From contig OZ024740.1 in NCBI GenBank assembly GCA_964016885.1, positions 275,280,001 through 275,344,000 on the forward strand: DNA of 64,000 nucleotides, read 5' to 3'. The position numbers and the translations under genes were made by a program. Source of the DNA: Eledone cirrhosa. Lineage: Eukaryota. Under the pieces are notes generated by a model. That model did not search any database and had not been told where the DNA came from. It saw nothing but the letters and a program-made list of their open reading frames with translations. The stretch's first letter is position 1. Each line of letters starts with the position of its first letter. Positions 25,843 to 38,329 of the stretch are shown here, one piece after another.

Positions 25843-27354
25843 ATCTAAAGCAATGTTTTCTCTGAGCCGTAGAGGTGTGTTACTGTTTTTGTGTCAGAAA
25901 CATCAAAATGTTGCTACACAATAACTTTTTCTCAAATCATCAAAAGTTTTGCTCTGTGGATTGGAATAATTAGAAGCTTATTATGTAGAAAAGGATTTCC
26001 TAATAAAATGAAAAATATAAATGATAATGGTTTCTGATTTAGGCACAAGGCCAACATTTTGGGGGAGGGAAAAGTCAATAAAATTGACCCAAGTTCATTA
26101 CTAGTACTTTATTTTATCAACCCTGTAAGGATGAAAGGCAAAGTTAACTTCAGAGGAATTTGAACTCAGAATGTAAAGGGCTTCTATGCCACGAATCAGG
26201 GTGTCCAACACTCTACCGATATGCCAACCCATAATAATAATAATAAATATCAGGTAACACAGAAACTTCTTTGTTTCCTTCATTTAAACTGGCTGTATCC
26301 GACCAGAATTCTATCATCACTTACTGTTCAAACTGGCCACTCATACTGATGTTAAGGTATTGTTCTCAAAATAAATAACATCAAAATCTCATCGATTTGA
26401 CATTATGTAAGATAATTATGTGAAATAAAGCCGTTACTGTAATAATATAATAGTAAATATAGAGTAATCTAAATGCCAAAAGGTTAAACTAAATTTTACT
26501 GTCCATTTCACATTCAGTTTCTACATTATACACTATACACAATGCTTCAAGCAAACTACAATATTTTATTATAAGCTTATGATTATTCTGTTTATATCAA
26601 ATCTTTCCACATTTTCATGTAATCCTGCACATTCATCATCATCATCATCATTTAATATTCGTTTTCCTTGTTAACAAGAGGTATCCAGTATTGGGCAAAC
26701 CAATCACAGAAAGAGGATTCTATATTAAGTCTTTCATGTCACTTTGGTGTTGGAATTGAGGCTGGTTGCAGTCCACAGTCGATTAAGACATTTCTACATT
26801 GACTCAAAGTCCTTTGATATTTGTTTTACTATTTATTTGGATATTCATTATTACATGCACATTTACCAGTCTTTCCTTCTACAGTCAGTTGTATGGAGGT
26901 AGATTCTTTGGAAACATCTATATGAACAATGTATATTATAAAACTGTTTCTCAATTTTAATCTTCTTCATGTTTTCAATCTTTTGACTCAGGAGATATGA
27001 AAATCTAAGCCAAACCAAGCTTGATTTCAACTCAGAATCTAAAGAGACAAATTTACATATTGTATGTCAGTTATCATTTTTGTTATAGCATTGCATTTGT
27101 CTTATAATATTGCTTAATACTAAGGGCTATATATTTACAGTATCAATAGAGTGTTGAACAAAATATGTGGCAGAATTTAGATGTGTTTTTCTTTAAGAAA
27201 TCCCACAAGTGTTAGCATTAACTTTTATTTTACTAAAGTTGATAAAATAAGAACTAGTCAAGAACTGGCATCGATATAATTGACTATAGCACATTCTGGT
27301 TTTATGCCTATTTTAGAAACCAGTATTTACTATTATATTGCTCTAGATTTAATA

Positions 27355-27742
27355 GGTGGTGAATTGGCAGTATCGGTAGAAGGTCAGACGCCATGCTTTC
27401 TAGCATAGTTATGTCCCTGTATGATCTGAGTTCAAATCCCGCCGAGGTTAACTTTGCCTTTCATCCTTATGGGGTCGATAAAATAAAGTACCAGTAATGT
27501 ACTGGGTAATTGCTGGCCTTGTGCCGAAAAGTAGAAACAATTATTACAATAGGGCGGTGGATTGGCAGTATCGGTAGAGGGTCGGACGCCATGCTTTGAA
27601 GCATAGAGTTACGGCCCTTGCCATTCTGAGTTCAAATCCCGCCGAGGTTAACTTTGCCTTTCATCCTTACGGGGTCGATAAAATAAAGTACCAGTAATGC
27701 ACTGGGTAATTGCTGGCCTTGTGCCAAACATAGAAACAATTA
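27355..27742 (+). mobile_element. Head-to-tail pair of young family A SINEs
   Basis: Two closely similar ~190-bp copies (27355-27543 and 27552-27742) with intact A/B boxes. Confidence 0.9.
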
Positions 27743-28289
27743 TATTGCTCTAGATTTGGTGGAATAAATATTTTGTTACATCTGATTACATACTGAATTC
27801 AAATGATTCTTAAATGGGCTTTGAAAATGGGGGGCAAAGAGCAAGGATTATAAAGCAATGAAAGAAAGAAAGGGAGTAGGGGAGAGCGTGACGGACTCTA
27901 CATCTAAGTCAGAGTGGTGTTCCAGCTGCACCCCGCAGACAAAATGACAAAGGCATTGCCATAGATAATTGCAGTGACACTTGCTGTAACAGCTCAAAGT
28001 TTGTCAATGATTCACCACTGCCTTAAGAAGAAGATATATATATACATGATTACTATTTCTTGTCAGAAGAGTGCCATCCTTTCATGAAACATTACTGTGC
28101 ATACAAGTGACTTTTCAGACCCCTTATTGTTTTCCTGGCCTGTTCACAGTAGTGACACTTGAACTCTGTCTTCTAGCATTATTGGCTGGGGTGTGTCTTC
28201 ATGCATGCAACCATATCTTTTCAGGCCACCAGGTAACTTGCAAATTATGTCACACTCCTTGCAAATGTACCATGGAGTGTGTGGCAATA

Positions 28290-28432
28290 GGATCATCTTT
28301 TTTCCTCCCTCAAAAATGTCTAGATCTACATACACTTCTCCAACTGGTGGAGTATACATGGCTTTTGTCTTTTTTATGCTAATATTTAGCCCAGATGCAG
28401 AACATGCATTGGTGAAGATGTCCAAGACCATC
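28290..28432 (-). mobile_element. Short LINE RT fragment
   Basis: LDIFTNACSASGLNISIKKTKAMY, the GL.I...KT motif that follows YADD. Confidence 0.65.
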
Positions 28433-28842
28433 AAAATAAAAGGGAAAAAATGATTATACCGTTTGTTATCATTCATAATCACAAGAACTACAGTATTTTG
28501 AAGGGCGCTAAGCTATACCCCCTGATTCTCTAACAATCCCCCAAGGTGAAATAGATCTTAAAAGAATTGCAAATAATTTATAGTAAATGTGAGGCATGCA
28601 ATTTAAAGAAACTATCAACCTAAGTGAGATTTACATCAGAAAACAAAACAATGCAAGTTACAAAATGCAGGGACCCTTGATGCAGAATTTGAAAATATAT
28701 TGAAGAGGGTGGACAAATCACTTTTGAAATCACTGTAAAGGAAAACAGCCTGGGTAGGTACCCTACTATTTTACATGTTCCTCAACCCCTAATGTATATG
28801 TGGGCAGAAATGCTTGTGTGTGTATATGCACCCCCCCCCACA

Positions 28843-28877
28843 TATATATATATATATATATATGTATATACACACAC

Positions 28878-28959
<82 letters not shown>

Positions 28960-29043
28960 ATGTATATATATGTATATATATATATGTATATATATGTGTA
29001 TATATATATACACACATATACACATATATACATATATATATAT

Positions 29044-29096
<53 letters not shown>
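28843..29096. repeat. Compound (TA)n/(TG)n microsatellite
   Basis: Directly visible. Other long tracts lie at 20720-20873, 30245-30372, 40181-40290 (CT), 57550-57640 and 61640-61905. Confidence 0.95.
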
Positions 29097-29097
<1 letters not shown>

Positions 29098-30245
29098 CGG
29101 CGATGAATTAGTTTTGCGAGGTTTTTTATATGAAATCGTGTGTCGATTATACAGGAGCAAATCATGGAATAGCTTAGATAGGGCTACACATAAGATAGGG
29201 AAAGCCACCTCATGGTACGACAACCAGAGATACCAGAGTGTCATGTTTGTGGACGCCACCCCTGGAGGGAAATTAGCTAACCAGTGTAGAAAAGCCCTGA
29301 GAAAGACCCACTTAAAAATAAAGGTGGTAGAAAAGCCAGGAACCACCGTAAAATCCCTGATCAGCAAAACCTACCCTTTTAAGAAAACCCACTGTACCAA
29401 TAGGAAATGTATCATATGTAAGGTGAACTCCCGGATAAACTGCAAAACTAGAAACGTAGTCTATAGCATAAGATGTACAGAGGGTACTTGCAGAAACATG
29501 ACAACAACATACATAGGTGAGACAGCTCGTAGCATAGGTGAAAGGATAGACCAACACTGGGGGGAACTAAAAGGACGAAAAAACGGGTCAGTACTATACG
29601 AACATAGACAACATAGAAATTAGAATAATATCTAAACATAGAAATGACCCAGCAGATAGGCAAATCAGAGAGTCCAGTAAAATAGAAATTAGAAGACCAA
29701 GGCTAAACAGAAAGAATGAATGGAATAACAACAACACCCAAACAAACAACACTGACCTAAGAGAAGTATAAATAAGTAAATAAAATAAAATAAATAAATA
29801 AATAAATAAATAAATAAATACATACACAAGCACAATAACTAGTCACCCATAAAACAGCAAACAAAACACTATACACACACGCAAACGCATGCGCAAAGAA
29901 GACAAAATAAAATAAACAAACAAGCAAATAAATAAATAAATATATAGACAGACTGAATAAAATGGCGTAGACATACAATGCAGCGGGAGGAAAATATAGC
30001 ACCACTGACGATGTTGCAGATGTGCAACGAAAGATTTATGATAAACTATATATATGTGTTTGTGTCTATTTTGTATCTGTATTATTTTTGACCGCCGATC
30101 AGTCAATGGCAACATTGAGGACCGAGTATATTAGATTACCGATATAAAAGACACAGAAGCGAGAAGCGAAAACCAACCAAACAGTGAGTGTGTTCTGTTA
30201 TTAATTCTGGCAATATTACACAAATATGACCCTCCCCAAGTATAA
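29097..30245 (+). mobile_element. 5'-truncated Penelope-like element, Nematis-like GIY-YIG end
   Basis: [21 protein letters not shown]-x4-C-x2-C..C..NVVYSIRC..C..YIGETARS..R..QH, then after a deletion RQIRES..I..LNRKNEW. The 3' region carries a hammerhead motif, and (TA)n lies on both sides. Confidence 0.88.
29995..30069 (+). ncRNA. Hammerhead motif in PLE 3' region (stems I/III decayed)
   Basis: CTGACGA-t-gttgca gatg tgcaac-GAAA, with a perfect 6-bp stem II. Confidence 0.6.
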
Positions 30246-30246
30246 C

Positions 30247-30283
<37 letters not shown>

Positions 30284-30286
30284 GTG

Positions 30287-30327
<41 letters not shown>

Positions 30328-30332
30328 GTGTA

Positions 30333-30371
<39 letters not shown>

Positions 30372-31600
30372 ATGTTTACCTCTCCTTCTAATTTTCCATG
30401 ACACTCACTTCTCATATGTAACATACACCCACTGTTTACAACATTTTATTGCTTTTTCAACAATAATATACAAATACTTTAACACATTAATCTTATTTTG
30501 TTTCATCACTAATTGTCATTTAGGTCATTCAGCTATGGAACATCAAAACAAAATCTTTAATATCCTTCCCACTCAATCACCATTTCATCTTCATTTTATC
30601 AAAAAATGATATGTGTCCTATTTTGATTTACACTTCTTCATTTGTACATATACTCTTACTGCTCTACTTTAAGATGCCATTCTCTCTACGTGTGTATATA
30701 TATTTGAAAAAAAGGAAAAGAATGTCTTCACTTGTAGTTCTAAATAATTTGATTTGATTTTATAATATTATAATATTATGAGTGGTAGATCTAGTAAGTT
30801 CTTTGTTAACTTTGGTGGGAATATTTTTAAAGATTCCTGGTTAACATTCTTTGGTGGCGATTGTCAAACTGAGATTAGGTTGTGTTTGATATGTGACTCT
30901 ATATATAAGAGTGATTTGGATGTGTCTGGAGAGGGGGGGGGGGGGTTAATGAGTGTTGATGAAGGTTTAGAGGAATTAAAGCATACACACACACACATAT
31001 ATACACACAGAAAATGATGAATGTTGACCAAAGTTAATGGGATGGTAGTGTTTAAGAAAGGGGCTTGTAAAGTCCCCTCCTGCTGGTTCCATTTCAATCA
31101 ATGTGTGTGTGTGTGTGCGTATGCTTTACTTCCTCTAAACCTTCATCAACACTCCTTCATTCCCACACAAATTAACCCCCCACATAAATAATCTAAAATT
31201 GCACTTCCGATATATCGTCGCCACCACCACCACTTCAACTACCACATATATATATATAGAAAGAGAGAGTGTGTGCTTAGAGAGATAAAGCGATTATGAT
31301 TTTCTACACACAGACGCGTATGAGTGTGCACATACATACTTCTATATGTATGAGTATATATCTATTATGAGTATATAACTATAATCATGCAAACACAAAC
31401 TTATAAAAATACACACTCACGGACATAATTTACACAAATACACATACATTCACACAAACATACATACATTCACACATACATTTACACAAACACAAACATA
31501 CAGTCATGATGCCGTTCGGTTTAATTGGAAATTGGAGGGTAAAACAAGTATAACGTTTTATTTATTTATTAACTCCTTTTTTTTAACTCATTTAATATAA

Positions 31601-32071
31601 CTAGCAGAAAAATCATCCCTCGGGTGGTTTTCTGCTCGCATATGTAGTGTGTATATTGATATTATACGCAAGTATATATGCATGTAGATATGATACGTCA
31701 TATAAAACGGTAATTGACAATATATACAGATATTGAATGAAGACTTGGTTACACTGTCTTATGTAATCAGTAACGCAATCCATGATACATTAAAAAAGGA
31801 CGATATTATATATAAGCTGTATTAGGACAAAATTAGTGACAGAAATATATGAATATTTAGTTAAACCAGAAGTGTTGACATTTGAAAATGTTGAAGTGAA
31901 TCTTTAAATAAGTAATAAAATATATTTAATGAACAGCCACGAAATTTAGTAGATAAATTATGTAATACTCATTCATTATTTATTCAAAGTAATCCAACTT
32001 ATTTTACTAAGGGGATAAACAAATTATAAACCGTACGCAGTCCCGCGCTTCTTACTTTATTATAGTTTAGA
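31601..32071 (-). mobile_element. Non-autonomous Helitron
   Basis: The minus strand starts a|TC and ends CTAG|t, with a subterminal palindrome (agcagaaaa..ccc tc ggg..ttttctgct). No TSD. A second copy lies at 57993-58966. Confidence 0.8.
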
Positions 32072-32152
32072 TTAAGCACTGTCGTACGCCCATTGATTAG
32101 ATATATATAAATGTAATAACATATAAATTATGTCTGATGCAGACACACACAC

Positions 32153-32195
<43 letters not shown>

Positions 32196-32459
32196 TACAT
32201 ACCACACCACGGAAATCGTCTTCCGAAGTTAGTGAAGCTACTATTAATACTCCCCGGGTGAAGTAACTTTCAAATTCTTTGTAATTCATGAAATGCAATA
32301 ATATATCTAATAAATCAGAAAATGGTGAATGTTGACCGAAGTTAATGGGATGGGAGTGTTTAAGAAAGGTGCTGTAAAAGTCCCCTCCTGCTGGTTCCAT
32401 TTCAAATATATATATTCACACAAATATATCTATTCTTACATAGACATATATATATAGGT

Positions 32460-33157
32460 GAAATCTGGTCTGAATGCGCATGCTCGGACCAGTATGTGTA
32501 TGTGCGAAGTCTGGTCCGAAGTGTGCATGCGTGAAGTCTGGTCCGAACTGCGCATGCACGAAGGCTGGTCCGTACTGTGCACGCACGAAGAATGGTCTGT
32601 ACTGCACATGCGTAAAGGCTGGTCCGTACTGCGCATGCGCGAAGGCTGATCCGTACTGTGCATGCGCGAAGGCTGGTCCAAAGTGCGCATGCCGAAGGCT
32701 GGAACGAAGTGCGCATGCGCGAATTCTGGTCCGAAGTGCGCATGCGCGAAAGCTGGTCCGAAATGCGCATGCATGAAGGCTGGACCATACTGCGTATGCG
32801 CAAAGGCTGGTCCATACTGTTCACGCGCGAAGAATGGTCTGTACTGCGCATGCACTAAGGCTGGTCCGAAGTGTGCATGCACGAAGGCTGCTCCAATGTG
32901 CGCATGTGCGAAGGCTGGTCCATACTGCGCATGCGCAAAGGCTGGTTGAAGCGTGCATGCGCGAAGGCTGGTCCGTACTGCGCATGCACGAAGGCTGCTC
33001 CGAAGTGCGCATGCACGGAGGCTGGTCCGTACTGTGGATGAGCGAAGGCTGGTCCGTACTGCGCATGCGCGAAAGCAGGTCTGTACTGCGCATGCGCGAA
33101 GGTTGGTCCGTATTGCGCATGCGCGAAGGCTGGACCATACTGCACATGTGCAGGCTT
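32460..33157. repeat. 27-bp minisatellite, ~26 units
   Basis: Consensus gaaggctggtccg(tac/aag)tgcgcatgcgc. Confidence 0.95.
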
Positions 33158-35514
33158 GTATATATAAATGTTTACATGCCAACACAAGAGCAAGAATGAA
33201 GTGTTCATTCTACTGACATGGCTTCAAAAATGTGGCTTGTTTGCATAATTGCAAATGAATCGAATGTTATTATTAATATTCGAAAAACTCAGATTACATA
33301 TCATCATCATGATCATCATTTCACGTCCATTTTCCACGCTAGCATGGGTTATATATATATATAACGTAATAACCAACACAATATAATTATTCCATATATT
33401 GTGTTGTTGTTACATAATTAAAACAGTTCTGTATTATACATAGAGCACTCTTCTTTCCTTTACCTTTTCCACGGAAATACTTAACACACACACATGCAGA
33501 CACACACACACACACATATATGTATATATATACATACATATATATTTATTTATGTATATCATTAAGGTGCCATTTGTTTTGCAATGTGCTACACAAGATT
33601 TCTTATGACCAGGCATAACAATAAACTGTTTGGCTTAACCATTAATTAGCTTAAAATATAGCCATCCTGCTATTCAACAACATTGTTAATGTCTGTGTTA
33701 CTTTGCTAGTAATCACACACACACAATATTATTTAAGTTTGACAATAATAACTGAGTTGACAGAACAAATGGCATTAATGCTGACTTTGTGAGCAAAACA
33801 AGGTATAAAGAAACTGTGTGAAAACCTGCTAAATTCAGGTGCCTTTTTATAGAGGCCACTCTGCTGCAAGCAATTAGACCCTGTCTCCAGTCCGAGGATA
33901 ACTCAATATATTCATGCACTGCTTCCATTTGCTCTGCCTTCCCTGAGTTGTGGTTTATTCCTGAATTTCACCTAGCAGTCTTGAAAGTTCTACAAAAGTT
34001 TGTGCGATCTGCTCCTCCTCCTCTAACAAAGTTATGAACATACATTGCCTGTATGTAATATTAGCGTTGTAAAGATGAGAAAGACGAAGAGAAGGAGAGA
34101 GAGAGGGTGAGTGTGTGTGTGAGTGTGTAAATAAGGAAAACCAGTCATACAAATTAAGTATTCTACACCAAACAGCACTCCGAATGCTAACTACTGCAAC
34201 GTTTACAAATTATTCCTGATGTAAATGTAAAGCAAAATATATTAAGTAAAATTAAGCAAAATATGTTAAGTAAAATTAAGCAAAATATAACGGAATTATT
34301 ATATACAAATATATTCAACAAATATTCAATGCTGTGGATATGTTTTTTGTATTTTCATTACATAAAATTAGATGGAAGATATTTATTTTGTAAATATTCT
34401 GTGATATATTCAAGAGATGAGCAGGTAAATATGTTTGTTACTGGAGTTGTACATCTGTGAAACTTGTCAACCTTACCCAGTGGTTTGGTATGGTATGGTT
34501 CCATAACTCCTGATGGAGTTGAAGGGATGCTGTAATGATGTATCTAATTTCTCTGTCATTTTAAACTTGGCAGAACCCATCCCTCTCCAGACCTTAGTTT
34601 AACAGATTTCTTCCAGAGAAGGATAGAAAGTGAGAAAGATATAGCAGAAGAATCAACTCCAGTACTGGACTGGTCCTTTTTTTTTTTATCAACCTCAAAA
34701 GGACGAAAGACAAAGTTGACCTCAGCAGTATTTTTACTTAGAAAGCAGAGAGCCAGAATGAATATCACAAAGCAGTCTATCTGATGTTCTTAATGACTTT
34801 ACCAATTCACCATCTTGTACTCAGTGGAATATGACAGATGGCCGAGACATCATCCATCATAAGCTTGGCGTTTACCTGGTCAAGCTCCCTTGCCGTTCTC
34901 CGGGGAAACGCCTTCTCCATTCTGTCTGCCGGGGCTGTGGGTGGGCCCCATCGCGTTCCGTTGTAGTTGTTGTATACAGATATTAACTCATCAATCCCAT
35001 TGTCCTACTCCAAAAGTTCTAATTTATATATACTGTTGTCTGTTTCTAAATTGGAGTAAATAAAATAGTAAAATGGCCAAACCATTCATTTTCTATAGTG
35101 GTCAATAAACTCTATATAACAAAAAAAAATAAAAAGTGATCAGATCATAGATGTACAAAGAAAGAATTTGATGACACTACAGAATAAATAAAAAATGAAT
35201 ATAACAGTATGTTTGTCTTTTCTTTATTTATCAGACCTATAATTATTACTGATGCCCACTTTTTCTGCACATACATGGTTTGGATTAGACTTTTTTAAGC
35301 AGGCTTTCTTCAATCAGATGCTTTTCCTGACATCATCACATACCTTATTTTTTCAGTATGATATATATTCCAGTGACATTGTTTTTAATCCTTATACAAC
35401 AAGACATATCTTTGATGGGAGAAATAAATGTCACCACTAGCTATATTGTAGATAAGACATTTGTCATGACAGGTATGCACACATACTCCCAGCGTAGCAT
35501 ATATATATATAGAG

Positions 35515-36093
35515 AGAGAGACTGAGCATAAGAGGAATCAAATGCTGTGTGCAGGAGAGGCGGTTGCGTTGGTATGGACATGTGATGTGAATGAAGGATC
35601 ACAGCTGCATAAAAAGGTGCAGAGCACTAAAAGTCAATGGAAACCGCGGAGTGGGGAGACCCAAGAAGACCTGGGATGAGGTGATAAAAGCCGACCTTAC
35701 CCAATTACACCTCTCAAAGGCAATGACACACGACCGTGATCTCTGGCGTCACGCAGTAATACAGAGTACCCGACCTCTCATGGGTACAAGCTGAAGCATA
35801 TAGACAATATGCCCCCCACACCCTCCACCGCAAGGTGGTCGTGGAGGTGCCACGGCAAAAAAGCACCCAGCCCACACTGTAAAGTGGACGTGTAGGCGTC
35901 ACGGAAAAAGCACCCAGCACTCACTGTAAATGAGGTTGGTGTTAGGAAGGGCATCCAGCTGTAGAAATCTAGCCAAAATCAGTTCCTGTATGAACAAGGC
36001 ATGATCAGCCGACCAGATACTGCCCACAACAGGACAACCCGTCTAACCCATGTTAGCATGGAAGAACGGACGTAAAACGGTGATGATGATGAT
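35515..36093 (+). mobile_element. RTE LINE 3' end with long 3' UTR and (GAT)n tail
   Basis: RRLRWYGHV..GVGRPKKTWDEVIKADL..DRDLWR; closely similar to 22140-22600. Confidence 0.9.
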
Positions 36094-36418
36094 ATATATA
36101 TAGTTTGTTTTTTTAAGGTCATTGTGCATTTGTTGGTAAACATACCCCCCCCCCACCACCACCACCACCATGATAATAATATGCGTTTCAACACATGATT
36201 TACATGAAGAATCTTGCAAGACAAAGTATATAAATATATATATAGAGAGAGAGAATTACAATTTAGCATCAGGCATAGTTGTATTCAGATATGTATAGGA
36301 ATTACATATTTCAGAAGAAATACGGTGTGTTTAAAATAAACATTTAGAAATCCATAGCTATGCCAAAACACCAGCGACTAACACTGTCTGACAATGTCCA
36401 GCAGAAGCAAGGAGGACA

Positions 36419-36464
36419 ATTGCGGATGTGTATTTTGAAATGAACTGGTTCTCATCAGCACAAT
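36419..36464 (-). ncRNA. Decayed minimal hammerhead
   Basis: Minus strand: attgtg-CTGATGA-gaa[9]ttc-AAAA-tacaca-TC-cgcaat. Stem I is 6 bp; G12 is replaced by A. Confidence 0.55.
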
Positions 36465-36619
36465 CCCTCCCATATATATATGAGAGAGAGAAACATTCCT
36501 GATGATTTCATATGAATAAAACAGTTCTAATCCTGTGGAAGTCACATATATATATATAAAATTTTAAATGATTGGAAGGCCAAATAATGCATCAAAAAAT
36601 CAAATATAGTGTCTTATTC

Positions 36620-36653
36620 ATAAACTTTTCAGTCTGAAGACTTTCATCAGTGT
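36620..36653 (-). ncRNA. Minimal hammerhead relic
   Basis: Minus strand: aca-CTGATGA-a-agtc ttca gact-GAAA-ag-TT-tat. Confidence 0.55.
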
Positions 36654-37222
36654 ATATAAGATCTGTTTTGTTATTTTGCGTCAGGAACTTTTTAGCATTG
36701 ATTAGTGGTTAAAGTTTAAAAAAAAACAAGTTTTAGTTGATCTCATCCCAAAACCTGTTAGCATATATTTTCTTTTACCTCTAAGTATGAATATAATATC
36801 AGTTGTGTTTCGAAATTTCAACAAGCATTTCATAGACTGACTAAAAAGAATTGATGCTAGAGCTGTGAAATCTTGCATGCATTAATTTCAACTCTTCTTA
36901 TTAATAACTGCATTGTTTCTTTCCAGGGGCTATGTTGAAAAATAAAACTCATTTGGTCATTCCATGAGAGTATCTTCGTCAGCGTCTGAACTTTTCATAT
37001 GACCCTTGTAAGCTTTAGCTGAAGTCATCCTAAAAGCTATTAGAATGACTTCAACTATTAAATCAATCTTTTGCTACCCTTTCTAAAATTTGAGACTCTT
37101 TGCCAGTGTAAGAAATCATTACTATTGCTATTGTTGATTTTGTTTAATCCCAGGTCAGCTTTGCGCAAATTTCTACAGGAACACACCATGTTGTACACAC
37201 ACTCATATGCACACACACACAG

Positions 37223-37272
<50 letters not shown>

Positions 37273-38131
37273 CCCCCCCCCCCCCCACATACACAGTGTC
37301 AAACTAGAATAAACTTCCATTCATGCATACATACAATCACACACTTAACTAACTTACATATTGACTTCTATGTATACATTCATACAATAACAAAAATGGA
37401 TGATATATTTATATATTTACACACATGTAACAAAGACACATAAACAAAGACATCACAATGAGAAAAACACTGAAAAAAAAGGTATATGCAGATCAATTAG
37501 CATATACACAAGAAGATTCATTCAAAAATTCATACATGCATTCATGTATTCACTTACATAGATTGACACAATGATACAGTCAATAAGCATTAATTCATTC
37601 ATAAATACACACAGGTAAATAGAGACATGTACATGCTTTCATTCACAGACATACACAAATGCCTCTCTCTCATACATAAACATCTAAAATTACATATATT
37701 TATAGAATAGCAAATGCACAGAGGTGTACACTATTACACATACATGCACACAAATAATGTATATATACATATATACACATAGTGAAGGTGCATGACTGAG
37801 TGGTTAGAGAATTGGATTCACAATCGTAAGGTTGTGAGTTTGATTCCCAGACCAGGCAATGTGTTATATCCTTGAGCAAGACATTTTATTTCACGTTGTT
37901 CCTTCTGCATGGATTTGCAACTGGTAGATAGTATTAGCAATTGGTAGATAGTATTAGCAATTGGAAAGACTAATGGAAACATTGTTTCTTTGGTCCGATT
38001 TGATGAGGCCTGGGATCTTGTCAATTGACTGTTAACATATACACATATATTTATACCACAATTTAGTGAAAGAAAATGGCAAGGAAATTTATTGCTTATA
38101 CTGCTATTTCATATTTAGGTTTAAACGCATA

Positions 38132-38329
38132 TGAGGGTCAGCTGAAAAGTTCATAGGCTTTCCAAGATACTCTCATGGAATGACCAAATGAAGTTTATTT
38201 TTCAAGATAGTACCTGAAAAGAAGCAATGCAGTTACTAATAAGAAGAGTTGAAATTAATGTATGCAAGATTTCATAGCTCTAGCATCACTCCTTCATAGT
38301 CAACCTCTGAACTTTTCAGCTGACCCTTG
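38132..38329. mobile_element. Mariner-like MITE
   Basis: TA|tgagggtcagctgaaaagttca ... tgaacttttcagctgacccttg|TA. Partial copies lie at ~272-453, ~2655-2801 and ~36835-37008. Confidence 0.85.

Noticed and set aside
27552-27645. tRNA genes (A and B boxes)
   Set aside because: No convincing cloverleaf, and every copy continues into the same SINE body and tail.
28766-29111. ORFs rich in YI/HT/CV, here and at 12.7, 20.7, 30.2, 45.6, 53.8, 57.5 and 61.7 kb
   Set aside because: These are translations of (TA)n/(CA)n microsatellites.
32402-33216. CRISPR array or repeat-protein gene (many overlapping ORFs)
   Set aside because: The units are contiguous with no unique spacers, and no cas genes are present. 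A 27-bp (9-codon) unit with few stops opens several frames automatically.
34240-34290. Small tandem duplications (also 37922-37963, 49659-49698 and 63720-63830)
   Set aside because: Ordinary slippage duplications with no further structure.
36379-36432. Pre-miRNA-like hairpin starting TAACACTGTCTG (miR-141/200a-like seed)
   Set aside because: The seed is on the 5' arm rather than the 3' arm, the basal stem is poor, there are three bulges, and it overlaps a hammerhead/PLE relic.
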